DNA of 64,000 nucleotides from Biomphalaria glabrata (Eukaryota): NCBI RefSeq assembly GCF_947242115.1, contig NC_074716.1, positions 24,048,637 to 24,112,636 of the forward strand, read 5' to 3'. Shown piece by piece: positions 11,474 to 24,532 of this stretch (position 1 is its first letter; each line of letters starts with the position of its first letter). The notes under the pieces were generated by a model. It saw only the letters and a program-made list of their open reading frames with translations, ran no database searches and was not told where the DNA came from. The position numbers and the translations under genes were made by a program.

Positions 11474-12487
11474 CAGACTCAAGCGGCACTGAATGTGTTC
11501 GCCGATTGGTCCGCAATTCCAGGTAGATTCACAGGTATCGACATTTTCAGCAAGAATATTAGAAGCGTTGATGTTAAAGTATGATTGCCTGCGACGTTTT
11601 ACACCCAATGCATAAGATCCTCATTGTTTCCCGTCTGAATACAGAACAGTGGAACAGCACATGCTTTTTTACAGATAGACAAAAATATTTAGGGCAGCAT
11701 TGAAGTTCTGGGTGTGTGTGTTTTCTCCTTAGGAATGTGATTAAATGATTATCTCGCATTCTGGTATATCATGAATATAATATACCATTTAGCCTCTGAT
11801 AAAAACTTTTTTTAAATACCGTTTGGTATGACATTATGTAAGCTGTAGTTAAGCGGGAAATTAAAAAAAAAAACTATTTCTATAACGTTTCGTTTAGAAA
11901 TGTGGTTTGGTGATTATACTCAATATGTACATTCTTTTTTTTATTTGAAACAGAAACAAAACTGTATACATAAATGTTACCTAAATAAAAAGTGCACTAC
12001 AATTTGACAAAATTATCGTTCTTTGTTAACATAATATCCCTTACATTTATGTATTGTTTTAAAAGTAGTATATTTTAGGAATAAACCACTTCAATAATTA
12101 ATTTCATTTATTTTATTGTTTTCTTTCAGGTGACAAAAAATAGAAGTAATACCAAAACCTAGCAAGACACAAAATATGGTGAAATAAAAAGTTTCATAAG
12201 CTTTTCTAGTTGTTTATATTATTATTTATACATGTCAGATGGACAGACAGACTACGCAAAACTAATAGCAGTTCGTCCGTTTACTCGGGCCGCTAAAAAT
12301 AGAAAAATTGTTTCTATATTGTACATGTACGCAAGTCGCAATTAATTGTTGATTTCTTAATTAGTTAGATCTTATCATTAAACACATGGACGGCCTCGAC
12401 CTCTTTTTGCTTATCTTTTTGGTCGACATATTGTGAGTTTTTTTTTAGTGTGGATGGTCTGACTGTCTAGTAGCTGGAGTCTTCAAA

Positions 12488-12542
12488 ATGAGTTTCTTAA
12501 CTTTTGCATTGATTTTATTACTGTTGTGTTCTATAAAGGGAG
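12488..12542 (+). CDS. Gene C exon 1: signal peptide MSFLTFALILLLLCSIKG, ends in phase 1, donor gtaatt
   Basis: ATG with a hydrophobic core and a GT donor at 12543. Joining to the exon at 13089 gives GGT (Gly) and a continuous ORF. Confidence 0.55.
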
Positions 12543-13088
12543 GTAATTATGACCACTTTGAATTTAACCGTATTGTGTTCATGTTTAAACACTGATTTAA
12601 GTTCACCTAGGAAGAATGTTTGCTCTACTCAAAATGATAAAACGCATTAAGATTGATATTATCAACAAATGATTTCCCTTGTACAAAACTACATTGACTT
12701 GGCATACAACATACATTACAAAGTAGTAAGGTGAAAGTATAAACAAATCTCCCCTATGTCGGCAGCAGGTGTCCACAAAACAAAACGGTAGTCAAGGCCT
12801 CCTGCTGGACGACGAGGGGATGGCAGCGAGCAGGGTTTGAACACTGGACCATCGGGACAACCGAACGACAGTCCAGCGCATAGCCTACTGCACGACCAGA
12901 CAGCCAAACAATGTTTGTTGTTTTAATCCTCATTTCTCTTTTCTTTGATTTTTGTTTTTAAATTCCAAATGCCTGTAAATATAGAACATTTTAATAACTA
13001 GACAATTAATGGGATAAAACATCTGGGTACATGTCATCATACATGTCACAAGAAGAGAAACATTAATTCATTTTGTTTCATTGACCAG

Positions 13089-13195
13089 GTTGGTGTTTCA
13101 TGCCATGCAGTATGTGTCCTAAAGATGACGATTTTTGCCCAACTTATTGTGTGGATGACTTTGAATGGCAGTCCATTATTGGTCGAGCAGTTTGA
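13089..13195 (+). CDS. Gene C exon 2: (G)WCFMPCSMCPKDDDFCPTYCVDDFEWQSIIGRAV*
   Basis: Acceptor ttttgtttcattgaccag. One C-x2-C-x6-C-x3-C module plus an extra N-terminal Cys. AATAAA ~80 bp downstream (13274). Confidence 0.55.
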
Positions 13196-13976
13196 TGTCA
13201 GACTATGTAGACTGAACAGACAATATAGACATCCATAAATGTACATAGTCTTTCGTTTTTTTCAATGTCAACAAATGAAATAAAAAAAATTTTTAAATCT
13301 CTTTTTTTTGATACTGTGATACGTTTGCTTAGGGTTAAATCTAAATATTTCCTTCCTTCTAGACTAGATCTTAACAGTGTACGCTACTACTCGTAAGTAG
13401 GAGTTAAGTAATGGAGTTGAATACAAGATTAAAGGCAGATTATTAGAAGAAATTGACATTTGACTAGAGAAACACCATCAATAGATTTAGAGACACTTCA
13501 GGACACAAAACTTTAAAAGTGAAACTAATACATAAAAGCACAAAAACATAACTTAAGAGAATATATGTAAAATACTCAGAAAGACACATAGATAAATGCA
13601 TAGTTCTTAATCCTTATGATAGGACAAATTCGTACAACTACTTACCTCATACAGTCAGTACCATTAATGTACGGACAGACTTGTTCAGATCAATCAAGAA
13701 AACCAACGACCGAGCAGAGCTGAAGTCTCTATAAACGATTACCACACGGATACTCACGAGACGTTACTATCTTCTCTTTTAAAAGAACGTCTGTAATTTA
13801 TAAGATACCATAATACATAATACTACAGTATAGCTTATACAGTATGTGCCAAATGGAGAGCAAGAAGGGCCCTGGTTGCAGATGACATACACACCAGAAG
13901 AAGAAAGCAGGGTGAAAGTGCAACGGCACCTGGTGATTCCAGATGCTCAGCCTGTGACCACGGTTGTGGACTCCTT

Positions 13977-14202
13977 AGTCCCATGAGAATTTGCCAAGGG
14001 AAAGGATAGTCTCATGAGAAGTTGCCAAGGGAAAGGATAGTCTCATGAGAATTTGCCAAGGGAAAGGATAGTCTCATGAGAATTTGCCAAGGGAAATGAT
14101 AGTCTCATGAGAATTTGCCAAGGAAAGGATAGTCTCATGAGAATTTGCCAAGGGAAATGATAGTCTCATGAGAATTTGCCAAGGGAAATGATAGTCTCAT
14201 GT
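13977..14202. repeat. Minisatellite, 31-bp unit (atgagaatttgccaagggaaaggatagtctc) x7
   Basis: Direct reading. Confidence 0.9.
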
Positions 14203-14417
14203 GACAAAGATGCAACAGAGACCCCCAACCAGTTACACGAAATTGACCGTGATAACTCAAGACCCTTGTTAGTCTCAATACCGAAATATCTTAACAATGA
14301 GTGTGTCACAGTACACTGGTTAGGTAGGTCAACAAAACAAATGTTACGTTTGAAACCAAATTGTCCATCGAAATTTCGGGCCCAGTTGTTCAGTTAAAAC
14401 AAGATCAAGATTCATAG

Positions 14418-14858
14418 GTTAACAACATATCTTCAGTGAACAACATATCTTCAGTTAACAACATATCTTCAGTGAACAACATATCTTCAGTGAACAACAT
14501 ATCTTCAGTGAACAACATATCTTCAGTTCACAACATATCTTCAGTTAACAACATATCTTCAGTGAACAACATATCTTCAGTGAACAACATATCTTCAGTT
14601 AACAACATATCTTCAGTGAACAACATATCTTCAGTTCACAACATATCTTCAGTTAACAACATATCTTCAGTGAACAACATATCTTCAGTGAACAACATAT
14701 CTTCAGTGAACAACATATCTTCAGTTAACAACATATCTTCAGTTAACAACATATCTTCAGTTAACAACATATTTTCAGTGAACAACATATCTTCAGTGAA
14801 CAACATATCTTCAGTGAACAACATATCTTCAGTGAACAACATATTTTCAATGAACAGC
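14418..14858. repeat. Minisatellite, 21-bp unit (aacaacatatcttcagtgaac) x21
   Basis: Direct reading. It generates artefactual ORFs on both strands. Confidence 0.95.
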
Positions 14859-15166
14859 TTACATGCCTAGATCCACGGCCAAAATACATACAGATCTAGC
14901 ATTATCTAGCTGCGACCAAGCCCCTTTAATTTCAGTTATGAAATCAGATTGACTTTGACATCGACAGTGTAAATAAACTTGTTTTATCCGCTGACCTTGT
15001 TTCCAGTCCAATTACATCCGGTTTGTTACAATATGCGTCGTCTGCATTAGTCGTCTCCTCTATTTATTATCTCTGTGCTTAGTCAAGCACCTTTGACCTG
15101 CTTATTTAAACATAATCGAGTTCATTTCATCCTTAAAAACAACAATTGTAATCCGGCTAGAGAGAC

Positions 15167-15174
15167 TATATAAG
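15167..15174 (+). promoter_or_regulatory. TATA box (tatataag) ~89 bp upstream of the gene D start codon
   Basis: Canonical TATAWAAG at the expected distance from the ATG at 15256. Confidence 0.35.
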
Positions 15175-15255
15175 GTTTGGTGTTTGTAAGTCCATTCATT
15201 GGATCGCCATCCATTTGTGATCGACCTCTTCACGTCCACGAACAAAATAAAGAAG

Positions 15256-15307
15256 ATGAAGATCTTTCTGGTCACACTTGTGGCAGTGACACTCTGCCTA
15301 GCTCAAG
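15256..15307 (+). CDS. Gene D exon 1: signal peptide MKIFLVTLVAVTLCLAQ, ends in phase 1, donor gtagac
   Basis: ATG with a hydrophobic core and a GT donor at 15308. Joining to 16507 gives GGT (Gly). Confidence 0.6.
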
Positions 15308-15611
15308 GTAGACAAACTTGACCAATGTATTGTTTTCAGGAATTAATACGTTTATTTGTTCATCTTTTTACTTTGTAAACATTTTAGGGACACGACTTGT
15401 TATCGCTCTCGTTTTGTTCAAGAACCTGTTATACTAATATATATACAACGAATGTATCTAGTAGAGTTGGGTACTAATGAAGTGAATTACACTTTATTCC
15501 TCGTTTGCGTTGGTCACTATTAAACATTTTGCTTTATTTTGACTATTACATCCAATAAAATATTAATGTTATAAACATGTTTAACTTTTATACCAACAAG
15601 GCTTTTAGTAG

Positions 15612-15890
15612 AACTAGACTCAAGTATTACTACTACTAAGAAAGCTGTAATAGAAATAGACTCAAGTATTACTACTACTAAGAAAGCTGTAATAGAAATA
15701 GACTCAAGTATTACTACTACTAAGAAAGCTGTAATAGAAATAGACTCAAGTATTACTACTACTAAGAAAGCTGTAATAGAAATAGACTCAAGTATTACTA
15801 CTACTAAGAAAGCTGTAATAGAAATAGACTCAAGTATTACTACTACTAAGAAAGCTGTAATAGAAATAGACTAAGGTATTACTACTACTA
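15612..15890. repeat. Minisatellite, 40-bp unit (aatagactcaagtattactactactaagaaagctgtaatag) x7, inside gene D intron 1
   Basis: Direct reading. Confidence 0.9.
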
Positions 15891-16506
15891 GAAGTAGGGC
15901 TTGGGTAAAAAAAGACAAAAATAAACTTTAAGGGCGAAACCAATATGCAATGAATGATTTTAGTATTCTTAGTAATTGACATCAATCAAAAATATTGTCA
16001 TACTCTGACTTATGCCTAGAACGTAAAGAGTAGTTACCAAGAGTAATTAACTAGCACCTTTAGTGTTTTATGTACTTCTGAAGGTCACCGAACAATTAGA
16101 GACCCTTTCTTTGTTGTAGATAGTCCTAATTAATTAAACTCACTTTAACTTTTTACACAATAAGATTAAAACACAGCAACATGATCAGTTTTAATTTTTA
16201 TAGGCAAAAAATACAGTCCTAGAAAAAAAAAAGAAAGCAATATTGAGAAATGAAAATGTGGAAGCGGTATTAAGAAATCTAAGAAAAACATTTTAAAAGA
16301 TTGTTCATTACTGAATTATATGGGCACATTATACATTGTAACATTTCTATAACTTTATACACCAAAAATCTATTTTTAGGCGTCCAAATAATTTATTGTT
16401 TCTTTTTTGCATATAAATAATGTTTGTCTTCTTTAATGCCTTTCATCTTTAAATGAAAAGTTTTGTAACGATGAAATATGATGATTGTTAAAACACCTCA
16501 ATACAG

Positions 16507-16614
16507 GTGCAGCTGTCCACGACCTGCCAGCTCCTAATGGATTGTCATCACGGTTCAGAAGACAAGTGGATTGTCGAACTTGTGATAGAAACACATTCAC
16601 TTGCTCTGGTGTTT
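16507..16614 (+). CDS. Gene D exon 2: (G)AAVHDLPAPNGLSSRFRRQVDCRTCDRNTFTCSGV, ends in phase 1, donor gtaagt
   Basis: Acceptor cctcaatacag. Furin-like RFRRQ site precedes the Cys-rich region. DCRTC parallels DCLTC in genes A and E. Confidence 0.6.
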
Positions 16615-17511
16615 GTAAGTAAATTTAATGATCATAACTTGAAATCTGTGTCACTGTAAAGTGGGATGCTAATATATTCCGTGAAGTCGCTCTTGAGATA
16701 AAGAAACTCTTTGATCTTCAGTTTTTTTAAGTTTTGAAACAACGCCAGTGTCATTTTTTTACGGTAATTTGTCAAGTAATTCAACTAATTTAGCATCATT
16801 CTAGAACCATCTACCGGATTTTCGCGCATATATTCGCACAAGCGTATTCCCCGGACACACTTATTCCACGCACAAAATATGTGAAAACTAAATCGTACAA
16901 CCCGAATTCTTATATACCCCGCATGTGCACAGCGTGACTTGTTGTAAACTACCTAACATAAAGTACTTTCATCAGTACTCTTTGTTCTCTTGAAGTTTAG
17001 AATGAGATGTTCAGAATGTACATTTCACAACCACACAGTGAACTATAAGAGATATGATAATGAAGACCCACCGGTATCTCTTTAGTGACCATTATGCTAT
17101 GTTTATGAGTAAAATACATTTTGTAAACCCCGCACCTTTTTATACCACTCGCAGCTGCCATTCTTTTGTAAAACCTGTATAACCCGCGGGTTATATGCTC
17201 GACCATGTTTGCAATATCTGCAGAAGTATAGCGATGTTTACTAGCAATTAAAACTAGAAGATTGAATTAATATTTATCACCAGTGCCAAATTCTTTCTGA
17301 TTCTTTAATTAATCATGACCTCAATATAGAGTAACACATATCTATCTACACTTTATCGCTATGACAAAATCTTGTTCAAGTATAGTAATTATATATTTCC
17401 ATTTCATTTGATCTCACTTTTGACATTGGTTTGTTACATTCATGATGCTATTTTAAAGCATTGATTTGTTATTGTTGTTATTTAACCAAGTAAATAAATT
17501 TTACTTTATAG

Positions 17512-17606
17512 GTCAGTACTACTTGAACGCATGTCTCTCTGGATGTGACATAATCCCATCTCTATATTGTAAACGAGACTGTTACGTGAAATATTCCAAA
17601 GCCTGA
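17512..17606 (+). CDS. Gene D exon 3: (C)QYYLNACLSGCDIIPSLYCKRDCYVKYSKA*
   Basis: Acceptor ttttactttatag. The split codon t|gt gives Cys and completes the module CSGVC. AATAAA ~100 bp downstream (17706). Total 8 Cys in the predicted mature peptide. Confidence 0.55.
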
Positions 17607-18382
17607 ACCTAGCATGATCCCTAACAGCTTCAAGAGGGGAAACAACTGTGTGCTTTATCGTGGAGTACTATTAAGAGTTGCTTACCTTATGTAGTTCTGC
17701 TTTGAATAAAACTTAATTGTTGGGATAAAAATGTATTATACAAATTAATAACATTTTAATGGTGTACATGCGTGATTGATACTGTTTGAACGACATTGAT
17801 GAAATCCAATTCATATAGACCTATAAACTACGTAATGGATGTTTGGATGGCGCGATTCTGCGCCCTATTTTTCATTCACATAATATACATCATAAGACAA
17901 AACATTGTTACGCTGACATAGCGTTGTGTCTTTCTTTGCCTATTAAATAAAGAGTTATATATTTTTACAATCTGTGTTTGTCATCTATTACAATGATCTA
18001 GGGATAACGGATCTTATTCTATTTATGGGCATACGTGCATACAGTGCATTATTTGTAAAAAAAAAAAAAAATAGGTGCCGGTACCCAGTGATTAGGTGCC
18101 GGTACTCAGTAGTTGATTGCCTAACTTTTAACTACTAAAATTTAATAATATACCTTAAAATACAAGAAAAGTATTAATTTTTTCAAAAATGTGCCGGTAC
18201 GTGGAAAATTAGTTATAAAAACAAAAATTGCATGTGGAAGATCAAAGAGACTATTTCTTTGTAATCACATTCATTTGGACATAGAGAAGTAAATAGAGAA
18301 GTAAATATTTTTAGAATGAGCATAAAATAGTAATTGAAATAATTTTTTTAAAAGTATTCATTAGAAGATCAAAAGTAGATTG

Positions 18383-18525
18383 GCTACCTGTTCACGTGGT
18401 ATGCGCTCGTCTCTGTCGTCAAGATGGTCCTGGGTTCGAATCTTTGCCTTCTTAAAGGAAGTTTGGGTTAGGAAATAATGACCATCCTGTCTGACAGGTC
18501 AAGACTGGCCATTAAGTCATAGTAA
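18383..18525 (+). mobile_element. Divergent tRNA-derived SINE-like fragment
   Basis: tRNA-like B box (tgggttcgaatc) and a tail resembling the SINE family. Weak. Confidence 0.3.
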
Positions 18526-19029
18526 TACTATAAATAATATTAAAATAGTAAATGTATATTAAGTTCTCCTTTCAGACCATTAGGACCATAGTCTGAACCT
18601 GCCTCTTAAAACAAATCCTTTGATACGATTTTCACAAACAGCTGTTATGATACTATCTGTGAAAGTATATAAAGCAAGTGATTTTGTTGCAGTCAAACCA
18701 CATAGTATTGGTTACCTTTGTACAAAACTAAAGATGGTAGTAGTTTTGGCTGTAATGTCTTTTTTTAAGTAAAAACTAATTTTAAAATGTCTACCGTAGT
18801 TGCAAATTATATTTAGATCTGTTTCTTTGTATTTCTTTTGTAAGCAATAAATTAATTATCATGTCTTTCAGGTGGAGGTCTTTAAAATTATTTATAACTA
18901 GACTTTCATTACAATCCAGTCAGTAAATCATCAAACATTATTCGAGTGGACTTGATTAAATAAACAAGCTTGTTGTTTAAAAAAAAAAGTGGAAAGTTCT
19001 ACCAAGATTCGTTTATTTCAACGTTGAAT

Positions 19030-19610
19030 AGCGAGACATCGAGACACAAAAACACACCAGATGTCGAGGCACAATGGCGAGACACAATAACATACCAGAT
19101 GGCGAGACACAATGGCGAGACACAATGTCGAGACACAATGGCGAGACACAATAACATACCAGATGGCGAGACACAATGGCGAGACACAAAAACACACCAG
19201 ATGTCGAGACACAATGGCGAGACAAAATAACATACCAGATGGCGAGACACAATGGCGAGACACAAAAACACACCAGATGTCGAGACACAATGGCGAGACA
19301 AAATAACATACCAGATGGCGAGACACAATGGCGAGACACAAAAACACACCAGATGTCGAGACACAATGGCGAGACACAATAACACACCAGATGGCGAGAC
19401 ACAATGGCGAGACACAAAAACACACCAGATGTCGAGACACAATGGCGAGACAGAATAACATACCAGATGGCGAGACAGAATAACATACCAGATGGCGAGA
19501 CGACACAAAACACACCAGATGTCGAGACACAATGGCGAGACAATAACATACCAGATGTCGAGACAGAATAACATTCCAGATGGCGAGACAGAATAACATA
19601 CCAGATGGCA
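19030..19610. repeat. Complex minisatellite, ~32-38 bp units (caatggcgagacacaaaaacacaccagatgtcgagaca)
   Basis: Direct reading. It explains the overlapping 190-200 aa ORFs on the minus strand. Confidence 0.9.
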
Positions 19611-20567
19611 GGACTACACACCTATTCTTACCAAGTTACTTTCATGTTTAATTTACACAATGTCACACACGTGGTTTATTGTTTACATTTCATTGTCACC
19701 CTATCACACGACCCTGACCTTGTCTTAAAACTCATTCAAGTTGTGCAGTTACTCACAATTTACTATCTGGTGATGTGGAGATTTATCCAGATTACTAGAC
19801 ACGCAACACTAGATTGACAATGAGTTCATTTGAAATTTTGATATCTTACGGTATTGAGATATATTGCTGTAAATGCGGAGTTCTTCTCCTTAAATAAGCT
19901 TTGATGTCTTTTTTCAAAGTATTTGTTTTTTATTTTGCTTGTTTTAAAACTTTTTCATTTCAGACTTTTATTAAATCGGTGAGCGTGCTCTCTATTACAC
20001 CTGTATTGGCCTATTTTACCTGGTGACGTCATTTGGCGATAACTCAACATCAAGTTTTCGTCTGCTAATGATGTTAAGCCATCTGTTGGGGAAAGACAAC
20101 TCTGGAACATAGCAGTACATGCATACATGTCCTTTAAGTTCTGCGTTGTTGTTGACTTTCTAATCCAGTCATAAGTTCAAAACAAAATATGCGTCGTTGG
20201 TATCTATTGTTTTTCTGTTTGTCTCCCCTAGTAAGACAATCCCCAAATCTTGTTGCTTCCAATTATATCCGGTGATAAGAGTTATGGGGGCAACAACATC
20301 AAATATAATCCGCCTTGGGAGATTACATAAAGTTTAGTGTTGGTATTTCTAGACAGTTATCTCTGACCTTCTATGATTGATTACATGGGTAGATTAAGGA
20401 TGAATATTTATCTAGTAACAGTTATCGCTGTGACTCAGTCTTTCTCAGAGTATAGATTACTAGTAAAAAGTATTTTTTACATTTTCTTTGTTAGTTAAAT
20501 TAACTAGTTGAAGGCTATATGCACTGATATATTTAATCATGTTTTTCAAAAATTATATACTGGTTGT

Positions 20568-21100
20568 CCGAACATCATAACATACTTGTCGCAACATCAT
20601 AACATACTTGTCGCAACATTATAACATACTTGTCGCAACATTATAACATACTTGTCGCAACATTATAACATACTTGTCGCAACATTATAACATACTTGTC
20701 GCAACATTATAACATACTTGTCGCAACATTATAACATACTTGTCGCAACATTATAACATACTTGTGGCAACATCATAACATACTTGTGGCAACATTATAA
20801 CATACTTGTGGCAACATTATAACATACTTGTCGCAACATTATAACATACTTGTCGCAACATTATAACATACATGTGGCAACATCATAACATACTTGTCGC
20901 AACATTATAACATACTTGTCGCAACATTATAACATACTTGTGGCAACATCATAACATACTTGTCGCAACATTATAATATGCTGGTTCTCAGAACATCTTA
21001 ACATGCTGTTTGTCAGAACATCATAACTTATTGTTTATCACAACATCATAACTTACTTGTTGCCACAACATCATAACATAATGGTTGTCACAACATCGTA
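20568..21100. repeat. Minisatellite, 22-bp unit (aacattataacatacttgtcgc) x ~24, degenerate at the 3-prime end
   Basis: Direct reading. Confidence 0.9.
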
Positions 21101-21485
21101 ACAGACAGACCACACAAAACTTATAGCGGCTTTTCGGGGGCTGCTAAAAATTGTTAATAACTCCACAATCCACATTTCTCTTTCTATACGTGAAAATAAA
21201 AGAAATCAACTGGATGCAACGACTTTGTCTTTTGGGCTGTTGTCCTCTTCAAGCAAACAAGCAAACAAACAAACAGGTTTATGTATGTCAAGAGAGTGGA
21301 AGAGAAATCAAAATAATTATTGACTTACTTGATCTAAACCTATATCGAAGGCAACATTTTAGGCTTGTCATATATTTACAACTTTATACAGAAAAAGAGA
21401 GAAACATATACATTGTCCATAACACAATCACTTGGTCTTTGTCTTCCCCTTCGCCTTTATATTTGGATTTTATTGATTTACTTTG

Positions 21486-21988
21486 TTCATTCAAGATTCT
21501 ATTCATTCAAGATTCTATTTATTTAAGATTCTATTTATTCAAGATTCTATTTATTCAAGATTTTATTTATTTAAGATTCTATTCATTCAAGATTCTATTC
21601 ATTCAAGATTCTATTCATTCAAGATTCTATTCATTCAAGATTCTATTTATTTAAGATTCTATTTATTTAAGATTCTATTCATTCAAGATTCTATTTATTT
21701 AAGATTCTATTTATTCAAGATTCTATTCATTCAAGATTCTATTTATTTAAGATTCTATTTATTTAAGATTCTATTTATTTAAGATTCTATTCATTCAAGA
21801 TTCTATTCATTCAAGATTCTATTCATTCAAGATTCTATTCATTCAAGATTCTATTTATTTAAGATTCTATTTATTTAAGATTCTATTCATTCAAGATTCT
21901 ATTTATTTAAGATTCTATTTATTCAAGATTTTATTTATTTAAGATTCTATTCATTCAAGATTCTATTCATTCAAGATTCTATTCATTC
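21486..21988. repeat. Minisatellite, 16-bp unit (attcattcaagattct / atttatttaagattct) x ~31
   Basis: Direct reading. Confidence 0.95.
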
Positions 21989-22233
21989 ACCCAAAAATGT
22001 CTCCCCCTATCAATGTCTAAATAACCATCAAACAGTTAATATTTGATTTCCCTGTTGCTGAGAACCACAGTAGTCCAGGTGATTGTGTAACCAGCACAAA
22101 GACAAGATGTTTCTAATTTCCCAATCTGAGGAAGCTGAGTGAAAAATATCAGTGTAAGTCTACAGTCCAAGTCCATGAGATTAGACAAGGATTTAAACAT
22201 TTTGAATAAGACTTCTGGACGGAAGTCTTCAAT

Positions 22234-23012
22234 ATGGAGATATCTAATAGTGAGGACAGAACTGTGCAGATATCTAATAGTGAGGACAGTACTGTGGAGA
22301 TATCTAATAGTGAGGACAGAACTGTGCAGATATCTAATAGTGAGGACAGAACTGTGGAGATATTTAATAGTGAGGACAGAACTGTGGAAATATCTAATAG
22401 TGAGGACAGAACTGTGGAGATATCTAATAGTGAGGACAGAACTGTGGAGATATCTAATAGTGAGGACAGAACTGTGCAGATATCTAATAGTGAGGACAGA
22501 ACTGTGCAGATATCTAATAGTGAGGACAGAACTGTGGAGATATCTAATAGTGAGGACAGAACTGTGGAGATATCTAATAGTGAGGACAGAACTGTGGAGA
22601 TATCTAATAGTGAGGACAGAACTGTGGAGATATTTAATAGTGAGGACAGAACTGTGGAGATATCTAATAGTGAGGACAGAACTGTGTAGATATCTAATAG
22701 TGAGGACAGAACTGTGGAGATATTTAATAGTGAGGACAGAACTGTGGAGATATCTAATAGTGAGGACAGAACTGTGGAGATATCTAACAGTGAGGACAGA
22801 ACTGTGGAGATATCTAATAGTGAGGACAGAACTGTGCAGATATCTAATAGTGAGGACAGAACTGTGGAGATATCTAATAGTGAGGACAGAACTGTGGAGA
22901 TATCTAATAGTGAGGACAGAACTGTGCAGATATCTAATAGTGAGGACAGAACTGTGCAGATATCTAATAGTGAGGACAGAACTGTGCAGATATCTAATAG
23001 TGAGGACAGAAC
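22234..23012. repeat. Minisatellite, 30-bp unit (atatctaatagtgaggacagaactgtgsag) x26
   Basis: Direct reading. It generates 295-aa and 151-aa artefact ORFs. Confidence 0.95.
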
Positions 23013-23337
23013 GGTTAGCTTCCTAGCTTTTCAGTAGGCCTTCTTCAACTAGTCTGCTTGGCCAGGCTTGGTCGCTCAGGCACTTACCTCATAGATGTGG
23101 CATATTTTAATATCAGTTCAACAAGTTAAAAAAAATGTTTTTTGTTTTTTTTTTACATTTGAGAAAGTTATTTGATTTATACAATATATTTATTCATTGA
23201 TCTTTTATCTTATGTACACAATTAGTAAAACCGCTATTTTCTTACTATACGTGTACATATTACATTCAGCAGACATGCAGACATCAGCGACGGTATCAAT
23301 CAACAGTGGAAGGCACAAACTACAGACATATAAGTAC

Positions 23338-23500
23338 ATTACCCACGGGTGTTAGAGTGGTTAAGTGCTCTGCTTCTATTCAAAACGCAAAAGGTTTACT
23401 ATTATTCGTTTAGTATTCGGGCTTTCCTGACTCTCTAGGGGTTCCAAGTCTCCAATGAAGAAAGTGATATCGTTGTGCTGGTCACATAATACCCTAGTTA
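23338..23500 (+). mobile_element. Divergent SINE-like element (tRNA-like head gtgttagagtggttaagtgc, tail cgttgtgctggtcacataataccctagttaac)
   Basis: Tail resembles ggtcgttgtgctggccacatgacaccctcgttaacc of the main SINE family. Confidence 0.4.
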
Positions 23501-24532
23501 ACTTTTAACTTGAAATTTGTGTATGATTAGCGTTCTAAACCGTAAGGTCTACAAGGGGATATTACTTTTAATTGCATATCGTCAAAGTATAGAAACTGTG
23601 GTCAAATTGATAATAGTTTAATCGCAGCCAAAGATATGACGGGTTTACTGCTAGTGAAGTAACTAGATCTAGATCTAACTTAGAACGAGCGCGTGTCGTC
23701 TTGATAAGAGCGTGTTTAATAACAACTTTATTGCTTCGTCAAAATTGTACAACATGCCTAGAGATTATTGCGCCTACTGGGAACAATGGCTAATAGAGTT
23801 GGTTTTAAATACAAGCCTTTTAGCACTTGGAGAAACGAGTCGATAGCATTGGCAGACATTTCTTATGGGGGCGGGGGAGGGGGGTGTAAGAAGGGTTAGA
23901 GACCTTTTATTTGTCGGAATTTAAATAGACTTGGGCCTACTGATGTTTAAATGAGCTAAAACCTTTGACTAGTGGTAAGCAGTAGGCTCCATGGTTGACA
24001 CCACTCAAGTTGTAGTGTAGTACTGGGTGGACCGCTTCCCTTTAGTCCGCCACTGCCTGAATAAATCGATTAGGACTGCTCGACCAAATCAAGCGTATCT
24101 TCTTCAAAGATCATGCTCCGTGAAGCTAATGAGTCTACGTGTTGAGATTAATAGACTAGCAGCAGCACTTCATAATGAATGTACCGGCCAGACACACTTG
24201 ACTGACGTGACAGTGTGCAGGGAAGGTATTTCTTTTTTGTTCCAGTCGATATGTCGTTCTGTTTGAAACAGACGTTTGGTAAATATTTAGGCGGGAAAGG
24301 GGGGGGGGGTATTGTGTCTAGTCCAGTGGTTCCCAAACTTTTAATCCTTGATATCCTTATTTTTTTTTACCAACTAAACCGAAATAGTTGATATCATTAA
24401 ATAGACAAATAAAACAAAATAAAAGTCCATTTCTTCTTTATCTAAAGACATTTATTTGGAGATGTTTGTTCTAAGGATTATAGAGAGTAATCTTCTCTTT
24501 ATTTACATTTGCTTTTTATTTCTTTCAACAGT

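Noticed and set aside
14436-14870. Long ORFs (144-295 aa) inside minisatellites. These are 14436-14870, 14636-14842, 18999-19621 (three overlapping minus ORFs plus several plus ORFs), 21151-21782, 22139-23037, 25572-25817 and 29232-29531
   Set aside because: They are open only because the repeat unit length is a multiple of 3 or lacks stops. The proteins are perfect low-complexity iterations with no start context. They are ORF-finder artefacts.
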